Below, piece after piece: positions 39,235-48,220 of a stretch of 64,000 nt of DNA; position 1 is the stretch's first letter; each line of letters starts with the position of its first letter. The stretch is taken from NCBI GenBank assembly GCA_903861835.1, contig CAIOVX010000011.1, positions 66,122 to 130,121 of the forward strand, written 5' to 3'. A model generated the notes under the pieces. It was not told where the DNA came from. It saw only the letters and a list, made by a program, of their open reading frames with translations, and searched no databases. Source of the DNA: Candidatus Firestoneibacteriota bacterium. Its GTDB lineage: Bacteria > Oederibacteriota > D2-FULL-39-29 > CAIOVX01. The translations under genes and the position numbers were made by a program.

Positions 39235-41607
39235 CTACTTTAAAGAACGGAGGGCGGATCGTATATATTCATTCCCAGGATTCTCTTTTAGAAGCCCTTC
39301 AAGGAATTCAACGCCGGACTTTGTATCGTTGAGCTGCCTGATAACCATAAGTAGATTAGAGACAGCATCCTTGTAGTTTGGGTCAAGCCTGACCGCGGTT
39401 TTATAGGCAGAGGATGCGTCTTGAAACCGTCCGAGACTGTAAAGCGAAGCCCCGACCGCGTTCCAGCCGTAAGCAAAATTCGGGTTTAAGGCCACAGTTT
39501 TCGCGTAAAAGTCGAGAGCCCGCTTGAAATCACCTGTCCCGAAAAAAGTATTTCCCAGCGCGTAGTAAGCATCGGTGTATGTGGGATTTAATTCAACGCA
39601 TTTGGTGAAACAGTTCTCGGCTTCCTTAATATTCTTTTTTGCCAGGTGAGTCACTCCGAGATTGAAGTAGGACTTGAAGTATTTGCCGTCAAGCTCTATC
39701 GCTTTTTGGTATTCCGCGATGGATTCGTCAAGTTTGCCTGCTCCGTAGTACGCGGTCCCAAGATTATTGTACAGGTCGGCCGAGACAGCCCCGCCCTTAA
39801 TGACATTCTCGTAGAAGGGGATTGCTTTGTCGGGCGATATTCGCGCGACGGCCTGCCCGATAGAGTTCTGGATCATGGGACTGTCGTAGGAAGTGTCCAT
39901 TGCTTTCAGGTATTCCTGCATTGCGTCTTTTGAACGCCCCTGCGCGGCGAACTGGTCTCCGTTCGTCATATAATACTGCCCGATGAGCTCGCGGCAGAAA
40001 TAGTCCATATAGATGCTTTTGTCTCCCAGGCCCTTGAGGGAGTAATTGAAGTGTTTCCCGGAAGTTCCTCCCCCGACCCTTTTGAGAATGCCCTCATAGT
40101 GCAGCCTCAGGTCATCCATATTGTCGATATTGCTTCCTGGGTAGCAATAGATGACGCGCCCGGAGGTATTTACTATCTGCCGCTGTACCTCGTTGAGCCT
40201 TTTTTGGTAAATACCGGTAGCCATTCTGAGGAAATCCTCGCCGTAAATATTCTTGAAGACTCTTCCGTAATCATCAAAAATCTCAAGATCCTCTCTGGCC
40301 TTCTCTACCATATGAAGATACGCAGGGATAAATGTGGGGTTATCTCCCGAGAGAAAGAGTACTGCGCCTTTTTCCGGAGTCTTAAGGATATTAATTCCGA
40401 AATCATAGGCAATGGTGTTGCGGCTCCTGTCAATGAGACGGTAATTTTGGGCCAGCGGAAGCAGCATGCAGATGGCCGCAGCTGCGGTTATTAAAATGCC
40501 AATATTTCCGCCGCGCGCAAGGTCAAGAAAGAAGAGGATTCCGAAGAAAAGCCAGGCCGCGCACACCAGATAGGAGGGTATGAAGAATACTTCGTTAACA
40601 TACAGATCCATCGCGCTCCATTTAAAGTTGCTCATGAGGATTAGGCCGAGGCTGGTGAGAAGGAAAGTTATTAAAAGGATGAGGAAGATTCCTCTGCCCG
40701 CTTTTTTGTAACAATACCACGCGCCCGGGATAATAAGCCAGATTGTGAATGCGGAAAACTGAGTGGTCATGAATTTAAGATAAGTCCAGAGCTGCCCAAG
40801 GAATACAGAGAAGCTTCTTGCTTCAAACCCCAAGGCATATTGTTTCCTGAGAACATGATTGAGAAAGTTGTAAAAACTAGCGGGGTGCCCCCAATCAATA
40901 GGAGGGTTTGCGGCTGACCTGAGAGGCAAATACATGTAGATTAAGAGAGCAAAAGCAAGCGCGAGAGTGCCGCAGTAGAGACCCTGTGTTGTGATGCTAA
41001 ACGCTCTTTGTACACGGTCCTTTATTCCTGAGGTGACGAGGTATAGAGCGTAAAGGATTACGAAGGGAATAAGGGGCACAATTGTATTGTGATTTGCAAG
41101 TCCAAAGCCGGAAATCACCGCCAGTAATGTCAGGTTTTTTAGCCGGTATATTCCGGTATCTTTCTTTATTTTTAGAAGCATCAGTAACAGTAAGGCGGTG
41201 ATGAAGGCATTAAGCCCGTATAGCCCGCCTTTGGTCATTAGGGCCTGGGACCAGAACGTTCTTGAAAAAGCAAAAGCAAGGGATGCGAATGCCGCCGCCA
41301 AAGAAAGAGTAAGGCTGCCGGCGAAGGACGAGAGGAAAAGATACAGTGTTGACACAGCCAGTGCCGAGAAGACCGCAGCCGTAAGATTAACCCTTAAAGC
41401 AATTGTGCCTGCAGGAATAAATGACATTATTTTGCCTGACATGCAATAGAGCGGGTATCCCGGCGGATGAGCTATGCCCAGAGTGTAGGCCGCGGCTATC
41501 ATTTCTCCTGAATCTCCGACATAGACAGTAGGGCATACGGTTAGAAGGTAGGCTATGAACGCAGTCATAAAGACAAGAGACGGTATGGACTGCTTTAGTT
41601 TGGTCAT
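39235..41607 (-). CDS. DUF2723 (TMEM260-like GT-C) membrane glycosyltransferase with C-terminal TPRs
   Basis: VYVGDSGEMIAAAYTLGIAHPPGYPL, GLANHNT, YLPLRS, TPR tail. Confidence 0.88.
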   Translation of the reverse strand: MTKLKQSIPSLVFMTAFIAYLLTVCPTVYVGDSGEMIAAAYTLGIAHPPGYPLYCMSGKIMSFIPAGTIALRVNLTAAVFSALAVSTLYLFLSSFAGSLTLSLAAAFASLAFAFSRTFWSQALMTKGGLYGLNAFITALLLLMLLKIKKDTGIYRLKNLTLLAVISGFGLANHNTIVPLIPFVILYALYLVTSGIKDRVQRAFSITTQGLYCGTLALAFALLIYMYLPLRSAANPPIDWGHPASFYNFLNHVLRKQYALGFEARSFSVFLGQLWTYLKFMTTQFSAFTIWLIIPGAWYCYKKAGRGIFLILLITFLLTSLGLILMSNFKWSAMDLYVNEVFFIPSYLVCAAWLFFGILFFLDLARGGNIGILITAAAAICMLLPLAQNYRLIDRSRNTIAYDFGINILKTPEKGAVLFLSGDNPTFIPAYLHMVEKAREDLEIFDDYGRVFKNIYGEDFLRMATGIYQKRLNEVQRQIVNTSGRVIYCYPGSNIDNMDDLRLHYEGILKRVGGGTSGKHFNYSLKGLGDKSIYMDYFCRELIGQYYMTNGDQFAAQGRSKDAMQEYLKAMDTSYDSPMIQNSIGQAVARISPDKAIPFYENVIKGGAVSADLYNNLGTAYYGAGKLDESIAEYQKAIELDGKYFKSYFNLGVTHLAKKNIKEAENCFTKCVELNPTYTDAYYALGNTFFGTGDFKRALDFYAKTVALNPNFAYGWNAVGASLYSLGRFQDASSAYKTAVRLDPNYKDAVSNLLMVIRQLNDTKSGVEFLEGLLKENPGNEYIRSALRSLK

Positions 41608-41661
41608 AAGTTAAAATATCATATAAACTGCGTGTTTGAAAGAAAAAATAGAGGTTGGCGG

Positions 41662-41689
41662 TTGCATTAGCCAAAAAATTTGCTATAAT
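41662..41689 (+). promoter_or_regulatory. Sigma70-type promoter of ssrA
   Basis: TTGCAT-16 nt-TATAAT with extended TG. Confidence 0.65.
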
Positions 41690-41708
41690 GCACCTGTAGT
41701 TTCTCCGT

Positions 41709-41790
41709 TCCTTGAGATTCCTGGAGCAATTTGTTTTTATTGTCTGTTTTTGAATTTAATTAGTAATTAGCAATTAGTAATCAGCAATTG
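41709..41790. repeat. Left inverted-repeat arm (7-bp AATTAG[CT] units) upstream of tmRNA
   Basis: Near reverse complement of 42151-42212. Confidence 0.85.
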
Positions 41791-41798
41791 TTTCAACT

Positions 41799-42143
41799 GG
41801 GGGTGTACGGATTCGACGGGGGTATTGAACTGCGTGACGCATGCAGAGGTGCTGTCAACCTCTTTAAACAGGCGGCAAAAAACAATCGCTAACAACAACT
41901 TAGCGCTGGCTGCTTAAGTAGCCACGTTCTGCGGGCCTTGCCTGCGTGGTTTGCAGAACGCCATATTAGCAGGCTAGGGCCGGCTTTGTACTCAGGGAAG
42001 AAGGCCCGAAACAAAACCTGAGTTTGCCGTTGCGGACCCTGTCTTTGGGGGACGCGGCGTCGAGACTAAAACAAAGAACAAGCATGTAGTGTCAGGCACG
42101 GATGTACTTTCGGACGCGGGTTCAATTCCCGCCACCTCCACCA
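41799..42143 (+). ncRNA. ssrA: tmRNA; tag peptide (A)ANNNLALAA at 41888-41917
   Basis: 5' GGGGGTG...GGATTCGAC; 3' GCGGGTTCAATTCCCGC-CACCTCCACCA with G3:U70 alanine determinant; tag ends in LAA-stop. Confidence 0.97.
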
Positions 42144-42220
42144 TTAAATACGATTACTAATTGCTGATTGCTAATTGCTAATTAAAATCAAAAACTCCCG
42201 GGATTTGAAGGATTGTTACG

Positions 42221-42574
42221 GTAGTGTCAGGCACGGATGTACTTTCGGACCGGGTTCGACTATAGTACTTGCGAGCGATGAGCAGCGAAGCCGCGAGTCG
42301 GGTGCGAGCAAGTGTTCCCGCCACCTCCACCATTAAATACGATTACTAATTGCTGATTGCTAATTGCTAATTAAAATCAAAAACTCCCGGGATTTGAAGG
42401 ATTGTTACGGTAGTGTCAGGCACGGATGTACTTTCGGACCGGGTTCGACTATGGTACTTGCGAGCGACGAGCAGCGAAACCGCGAGTCGGTGCGAGCAAG
42501 TGTTCCGGTATAAAGGCAATAACTAATAACTGATAACTAATAACTAATAGCTAATAAAGGTCAAAAACTTTGGG
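42221..42574 (+). repeat. Two tandem copies of the tmRNA 3' end plus flank, each with a ~55-nt hairpin inserted in the T-loop
   Basis: GTAGTGTCAGGCACGGATGTACTTTCGGAC starts at 42086, 42221 and 42410; inserts at 42261-42315 and 42450-42503. Confidence 0.93.
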
Positions 42575-42585
42575 TTGGTGAGTTT

Positions 42586-44175
42586 TTATGGTTGCTTAAC
42601 GGGTGGTGTCGGAAAAATTACTTCCGACAATTGGTTTGAGTTGAAGAAGAATAGTCTGCCTTCCTTGAAGATTAAAGCGCCGTATTTCTGGCGTCTCTGC
42701 GACTGCAGGTCAAGTTTTGCTTTGGCTACTAGCCCGCCTTTGTTCAGCGCGAAAACAGCTGATTCAAGGGCGTCGTAAACATAGAAATTGCCCTCCGTGC
42801 CTGCTGCCACTGAAACCGGCCATTTGCTCTCGAAACTGAAAGACATCAGGGCTTTTCCGGAAGGATCCAGCATAATAAAACTTTTGTTGAGCGTATTTAT
42901 CACGCCTATATTTAAGACTGCATCTACTGCGAGCGGTCCGGGATTGAAATATTCTCCGGGTTTTATCTCCTGCAAGGTTTTTCCTGCCGTATCAAGTTTC
43001 CTTATCAGGTTTCTGCCGGTCTCCGATACATAGACAGCGTCGTCAGGACCGACTGCCAACTGCAGCGGCCAGTCAAATCCCTTAAAATCTGAAAGGAATT
43101 TACCGCCGGCATCGAAGCTCTCTATTCTTCCGTTAAAGGAGTCTGAGACATAGATATTCCCTTTTGCGTCAAGGCCGATTCCTTTAGCCCCGCAAAAAAG
43201 GCCGGGCCCTGTGCCGTGCCCGCCGAAAGCCGCTGAGATGCCATCTTTCGAAACTTTCATGTAAAAGTCTCCGCTGAAGTCGGTGCAATACACCTCACCG
43301 TCTTTTCCCGCGGCCGCAGCGAAAATCTTATATGCCCAAAGGTCTCTGTGTCCTTCTGTTTTAAACGTTATTTCTTTGCCTGCGGAATTTAGCTCAACGG
43401 TTCCTTTTTCATCGTCATTTACCGCTATATCGCCCTGCTTGTTGATGGCAATAAGAGTAGGACGGTTATAGTAGAACCTGTTTTTATAGTAATTCTTGAA
43501 TTTGCCGTCAGCAGCATAAATCTTTACCGACCTATCAAGAAAGTCGCAGATATAAATGCTTCCGTCGGGATGCAGAGCCGCGTCGGAAACGGAGAGAAGT
43601 TTTTCAGAGAACTTGACGAGGAAGGCGCCGTCTTTGCTGTATCGTTTTACACAAATATTGCCCGGGTCGGTAACAAAAATTGAGTTGTTGCTGCCCTTGA
43701 AGATATGAAACGGATTGAGAAAATCCGAGTCTCCGTATCCTCGTTTTCCGAACTTGAAGAGGAAGGAACCTTCCTTATCAAAAACTTTTATGCAATTGTT
43801 CCCTGTATCGGATACCACTATGCGGCCGGCTTCATCGCAAAAGACCCCGAGAGGTCTGAGCAGGGAGGAGTCCGAGTTGCCTTTACCGCCGAAAGAGCTT
43901 ACAAGCTGGCCTTTATCGTCCAATATCTTGATTGTCGAATTGCCGCTGTCGGCGACGAGAAGATTTCCGCCCGGAAGGATGTCTAGCCCGAACGGCCGGA
44001 ATAAGTCCTCGGCTACGGTATTAACTTTTCCGTCAGCCCGTATTTCTATTTGATCACGTGTCAGCAGGCATATTTCGTTTTTACCGGTCAGATACATGGA
44101 ATTATAATGCGCCAACGCAGGAAAAGAAATCAGCGCCAGTATGAAGGCAACAAACTTATTCATTTCTGACCGCAC
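42586..44175 (-). CDS. Exported NHL-repeat beta-propeller protein
   Basis: Signal peptide; P.G..vD..G.i.VsDtGN..I..Fd..G.f...FG repeats. Confidence 0.88.
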   Translation of the reverse strand: MRSEMNKFVAFILALISFPALAHYNSMYLTGKNEICLLTRDQIEIRADGKVNTVAEDLFRPFGLDILPGGNLLVADSGNSTIKILDDKGQLVSSFGGKGNSDSSLLRPLGVFCDEAGRIVVSDTGNNCIKVFDKEGSFLFKFGKRGYGDSDFLNPFHIFKGSNNSIFVTDPGNICVKRYSKDGAFLVKFSEKLLSVSDAALHPDGSIYICDFLDRSVKIYAADGKFKNYYKNRFYYNRPTLIAINKQGDIAVNDDEKGTVELNSAGKEITFKTEGHRDLWAYKIFAAAAGKDGEVYCTDFSGDFYMKVSKDGISAAFGGHGTGPGLFCGAKGIGLDAKGNIYVSDSFNGRIESFDAGGKFLSDFKGFDWPLQLAVGPDDAVYVSETGRNLIRKLDTAGKTLQEIKPGEYFNPGPLAVDAVLNIGVINTLNKSFIMLDPSGKALMSFSFESKWPVSVAAGTEGNFYVYDALESAVFALNKGGLVAKAKLDLQSQRRQKYGALIFKEGRLFFFNSNQLSEVIFPTPPVKQP

Positions 44176-45520
44176 CCCAGTTTGATTTGAAATTTATGAG
44201 TTTGTTCTTGCCGTCCCTAACCGTTATCTCAATAATATCCTCAGGCTTAAGGTCGCTGCCGGAGAGCTTTGCTTTCAGAAACTGCCCTCCTGTCTCGGCC
44301 TGAGGCGGAAGCGGGTATTTGAGCCCGTTTATGAGCAGTTCAAGTTCTGTTCTAATGCTCGTTCTTCTGTCGGTAAGGAAGGCATTAATATTAATATTTA
44401 AAGCGGCGTCTTTGCGCACATTAAGAGCGCATTCTTTTGTGGCTTTGATGAATCCCCCGGTTGAGTTTAAAGGATACCAGTACTCGCTCCAGGAAACTGA
44501 TTTTCCGGGCTGCATTACGGTATAATCGTCCTGGGATTCGGTCAAGCCCGCGAAGAGTTCATAATAGATCTTCGGGTTAGAGGAATACATTTTGACAGGT
44601 GGATTGTTTCTCTGAAAACACCAGAGTTTAGAACCTTTTGCCGTTTCATGCGGGAAAACGCGTACAATACCTTCGTGCTTTCCCCGGTCGTAACTTCCGA
44701 GAAAATCTTCCTGCTGTTTTAATTGGAATAAACCCTGTTGATCATCCCAATTTGAGAAAAAGCTGTAGTCGACTCCGTCATAAATAGGCCAGCCAATAAC
44801 CTGGCGCATTGGCCAGCCGTACATATCCCCGTGCATAACCATCCTGTCTGCAGGGAAAGTAAATTCAACCTCATCGGTTTGTTCCATGCTGCAGCAGAGC
44901 CAGTAATAAAATCTTCTGGAATAGGGAGTGGGATTCTCAATTGTTATCTTGAATTCAACATAGGAAGCTTCCTCGCGGATAATGTTCTCGACTGTGAGTT
45001 TTAAATCAGTCTCGAGGTCCGTCATCCAGGTGATAAAAGAAACGCTGCCGTCCTGGTTTTTGCGGGTATAGTAATCCCACGGAATTGTGTCAGAAGGCGA
45101 GTGCGCGTAGGAAGGGAAGCCGTGTTTGAAGCCGCCGAGAACGGTAATGTAGCCTGCTCCCCGTGAATAGAGTGTGGCAGGTTTTGTGGAAGCGGTATCA
45201 TACAGAACCTCCTTCCCGGAGAGTTTGTCGAAGAGCTTGTAAAGCCTGCCGCCGTGGGAGGGAAGAAATGTCGCCTTTATGCGCTCGTTTTCTATTGCTA
45301 CAGTTTTAAAATCCTTTTTCGCTGAGATACCTACCGGGAAAGTTTCATCAGGCAGGTCAATCCTCGGATAAGGATAGCATTGCTCCCAGGGCCCTGAAGG
45401 ATATAAGAAGTTTTCAAATTTGTAGGTTGTGATAGAGGTCTTGTCTTCGGAAATGGTTACATCCGCGAAAACAGAGAGGTATAGTATAGATACAAGCGCC
45501 GCAAGCAAGAACCTTCTCAT
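44156..45520 (-). CDS. Exported DUF5107-like protein
   Basis: YPYP, AIENERIKATFLPSHGGRLYKLFDK, YYELFAG, WSEYWYP; signal peptide. Confidence 0.75.
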   Translation of the reverse strand: MRRFLLAALVSILYLSVFADVTISEDKTSITTYKFENFLYPSGPWEQCYPYPRIDLPDETFPVGISAKKDFKTVAIENERIKATFLPSHGGRLYKLFDKLSGKEVLYDTASTKPATLYSRGAGYITVLGGFKHGFPSYAHSPSDTIPWDYYTRKNQDGSVSFITWMTDLETDLKLTVENIIREEASYVEFKITIENPTPYSRRFYYWLCCSMEQTDEVEFTFPADRMVMHGDMYGWPMRQVIGWPIYDGVDYSFFSNWDDQQGLFQLKQQEDFLGSYDRGKHEGIVRVFPHETAKGSKLWCFQRNNPPVKMYSSNPKIYYELFAGLTESQDDYTVMQPGKSVSWSEYWYPLNSTGGFIKATKECALNVRKDAALNININAFLTDRRTSIRTELELLINGLKYPLPPQAETGGQFLKAKLSGSDLKPEDIIEITVRDGKNKLINFKSNWGAVRNE

Positions 45521-48093
45521 TAATTTCCTTTTCGTACCTTTTCTATATTAAGCCGGGCGTTAGTGTAACTTGGTGACACCTTTAGGGCTTTTTCCCAGGC
45601 GGCAATAGCCTTTACATTATCGCCAAGTATACCATAAGAGATGCCCAGATTGTTCCAGTCATCTGCGCTATTGGGGCGCAGCTTGGCTATATTAAGATAG
45701 CATTCCGGAGCTTTGTCGGCGTGCCCTGACTCTGTATAGGATATCGCGAGGCTTGTCCAGGCCTGAACCATTGCAGGATTTATGTTGAGTGCCTTAAGGT
45801 ATGCATTAATAGCGTTTTGATAATCCTTCTGTCCATAATAAACAAATCCCATTCCATAGTAGCTCTCTGCAATGTTAGGGTTCACGGTAAGAGACCTGTT
45901 GAAGGCGCTTAGAGCTTCTGAGGGCTTCTTCAGCTGCGCTAAGGCCACGCCGAGGTTTGTGAGCATCTCGGCGGAGCCGGGTTCAAGTTTTAGTCCGAGC
46001 TCGTAATTTATGACGGCGTTTTCAGGATCACTCTTATCAAGATATACATTGCCTATCATAAAATACATTTTAGAACTGTAGGGATTTACTGATAGAGCCT
46101 GCCGGTAGGCGTGGAGCGCTCCTTCAGGGACATTTGCTTGCCGGTATACGGCGCCCAGGTTGTAAAGATAGGCGTCCTTCCCTGAAATTGATATGGCTTT
46201 TGTGTAATACTCTATCGCTTTCTGAAAAAGGCCCTTCTTGTAGTTTATAATGCCAAGGTTGTTGTAGCCGTCGGCGAATCTGGGATTTATCTGAACCGCT
46301 TTTTGCGCGTATTTTTCGGCGTCCTCAAGCATGCCCTTGTTTATATAAGAGATGGCGATATCGTTCTGTATCATATCCATATCAAAGCCTGCTTCAAGCG
46401 CTTGTTTGTAAAGCCCTTCCGCTTCTTCATTGCCGCCTGTCTCAAAGGCGGCCTCGGCGAGGTTAAAATAAAAGAGCGCTATAACTTCCCGGGAAAGAAA
46501 ATCTTTGTAAAATGAAGGGTCTGAGTAAGACTCAATGTGATAGCGGTTCCGGTCGAAAATGCCGGGCTTGCGCCTGCCGTCTTTCATAATCTCGAAGATC
46601 ATACCGTAGGACCTGACTGTAAGGTTGGGCAGAGAGTGTACAGAGGTGCCGGATACGCAATAAATATGACCCTTGAAAGAGTTTATCGTATTCCATTCCA
46701 CTTCATTTATCCGCTTCGTATAGGTGCCAAAGTCGGTCTGGCCGCGAATTTCCTCGCCGTAAATATTTTCAAATACATTGCCGGTCTCATCATATACCGT
46801 GAGATCAGGTCTGAGTTTTTCTACCTTTTTCAAATAGCAGGTAATAAATGTGGAGTTGTCGCCGGCTACAAACAGGAGGGAATTTTTCTCCGGAGTCCTT
46901 AAGACATTCTTACCGTACACGAGAGCGCAATCATTTCTGCTTTTGTCGGCCCGGTAGTAGTTTGAAGCCAGCGGGAAAAGCGCGCAGACGGCTGAGACTA
47001 ACAGGAGGTATACGCCGGCTCGCGGGTACATTTCCTTCAGAAAGAAGAATCCTGCAACTCCAAAGATGCAAATCATAAGAAATGAGGGGATAAGGAAAGG
47101 ATCTACAATGTATAAGTCGTGGCTGTTAAGGAGATAATTGGAGAAGTATATAATTCCGGCGCTGGTCATCAGGAATATGGCGGTCGACAGAAAAAAAAGT
47201 TTCTTGTTCTTTTTGAAAAAGTAAAGCGCGCCTAAGGGCGCTAGCAGGGCTGTCAAACTGTTCTGTTTATAGAGCGCCTTAAAGTAACCGAAGGTTTGGT
47301 CTAGCATGTGCGCAAGAGTCCGGTCGTTGGGATCGGGAAGTTTGTACTGCTGTCTGGTAACGTGTCTCCAGAAGTTATCGAAAGTCGAAGGGTTGCCCCA
47401 GTTGATAGCCGGTCCGGCAGAGGCCCGTAAGGGCAGGTAAAGATAAATAAGCGCGGCCGTTAAGATTGAGAAAAACATAAAGCTCAAAGAGTATTTTATG
47501 GCCCGGCTTAAGCCGTGTTTATAAGAGTTGAGGAAAACAAAGAGTACAAAGACCGCTGTGAGCGGAACCATGGTGTTATGGTTCGCAAGACCTAAACCGA
47601 AGAACACGCCCGCCTGCAGAATATCCTTGTCGTTTTTAGAGAAACCAATTTTATAAATTATTAGGATGAGCAGCAGCGCGTTAAGTTCGTACAGGCCGCC
47701 CTTGGCCATAAGAGCCTGGTTCCAGAAAGTGAAGGAGAATACCGCCGAGAAAACCCCGGCAAGCGCCATTAGGTTGTCTGAAAAGGACCTGACTTTGACG
47801 CTCTTCTTCAAAAGAACAAAGAGGAAGAGCGAGGCTAATGCGGCGAGTGTTCCGGATAGTAAGTTAACTCTTGACGCGATATTTGAGACAGGAATATATG
47901 TGAACAGTTTACCAAGTATTGTAAAGAGTGGGTACCCCGGCGGATGCGGGATGCCGAGGTAATATGAGGCAGTTATCATTTCGCCTGAGTCGCCTACATA
48001 GATTGTGCAGCAGTAGGTGAGAAGGTAGATGATAAAAGGCAGCAAGAACGCAGCAAGCGTGAAATAGCTTGAGTATTTCGAGCGCGTTTCCAT
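45520..48093 (-). CDS. DUF2723 (TMEM260-like GT-C) membrane glycosyltransferase with C-terminal TPRs
   Basis: IYVGDSGEMITASYYLGIPHPPGYPL, GLANHNT, YLPLRA, long TPR tail. Confidence 0.88.
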   Translation of the reverse strand: METRSKYSSYFTLAAFLLPFIIYLLTYCCTIYVGDSGEMITASYYLGIPHPPGYPLFTILGKLFTYIPVSNIASRVNLLSGTLAALASLFLFVLLKKSVKVRSFSDNLMALAGVFSAVFSFTFWNQALMAKGGLYELNALLLILIIYKIGFSKNDKDILQAGVFFGLGLANHNTMVPLTAVFVLFVFLNSYKHGLSRAIKYSLSFMFFSILTAALIYLYLPLRASAGPAINWGNPSTFDNFWRHVTRQQYKLPDPNDRTLAHMLDQTFGYFKALYKQNSLTALLAPLGALYFFKKNKKLFFLSTAIFLMTSAGIIYFSNYLLNSHDLYIVDPFLIPSFLMICIFGVAGFFFLKEMYPRAGVYLLLVSAVCALFPLASNYYRADKSRNDCALVYGKNVLRTPEKNSLLFVAGDNSTFITCYLKKVEKLRPDLTVYDETGNVFENIYGEEIRGQTDFGTYTKRINEVEWNTINSFKGHIYCVSGTSVHSLPNLTVRSYGMIFEIMKDGRRKPGIFDRNRYHIESYSDPSFYKDFLSREVIALFYFNLAEAAFETGGNEEAEGLYKQALEAGFDMDMIQNDIAISYINKGMLEDAEKYAQKAVQINPRFADGYNNLGIINYKKGLFQKAIEYYTKAISISGKDAYLYNLGAVYRQANVPEGALHAYRQALSVNPYSSKMYFMIGNVYLDKSDPENAVINYELGLKLEPGSAEMLTNLGVALAQLKKPSEALSAFNRSLTVNPNIAESYYGMGFVYYGQKDYQNAINAYLKALNINPAMVQAWTSLAISYTESGHADKAPECYLNIAKLRPNSADDWNNLGISYGILGDNVKAIAAWEKALKVSPSYTNARLNIEKVRKGN

Positions 48094-48099
48094 TTAAAT

Positions 48100-48128
48100 A
48101 GAATACAAAATAAGTCTTTATAATACAA
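48100..48128 (-). promoter_or_regulatory. Sigma70-type promoter, probably leaderless
   Basis: Minus strand TTGTAT-17 nt-TATTCT-6 nt-ATG. Confidence 0.6.
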
Positions 48129-48156
48129 GGTAAAACAATGAGAATTCAAAATCATA

Positions 48157-48212
48157 TTGACAGAATCGTGAAAAGTAGTATAATCACTACTATGATGATA
48201 GACTTGGTAGTG
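48157..48212 (+). promoter_or_regulatory. Consensus promoter plus candidate Rrf2 operator
   Basis: TTGACA-16 nt-TATAAT directly followed by CACTAC-N16-GTAGTG. Confidence 0.6.
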
Positions 48213-48220
48213 AACGAAAT

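Noticed and set aside
42261..42315. Group I intron in the tmRNA T-loop
   Set aside because: Only 55 nt, no catalytic core, and it sits in the partial copies rather than the intact gene
42086..42506. CRISPR array or prophage attL/attR at tmRNA
   Set aside because: The repeats are tmRNA sequence, the intervening segments are near-identical rather than unique, and there is no integrase or phage cargo
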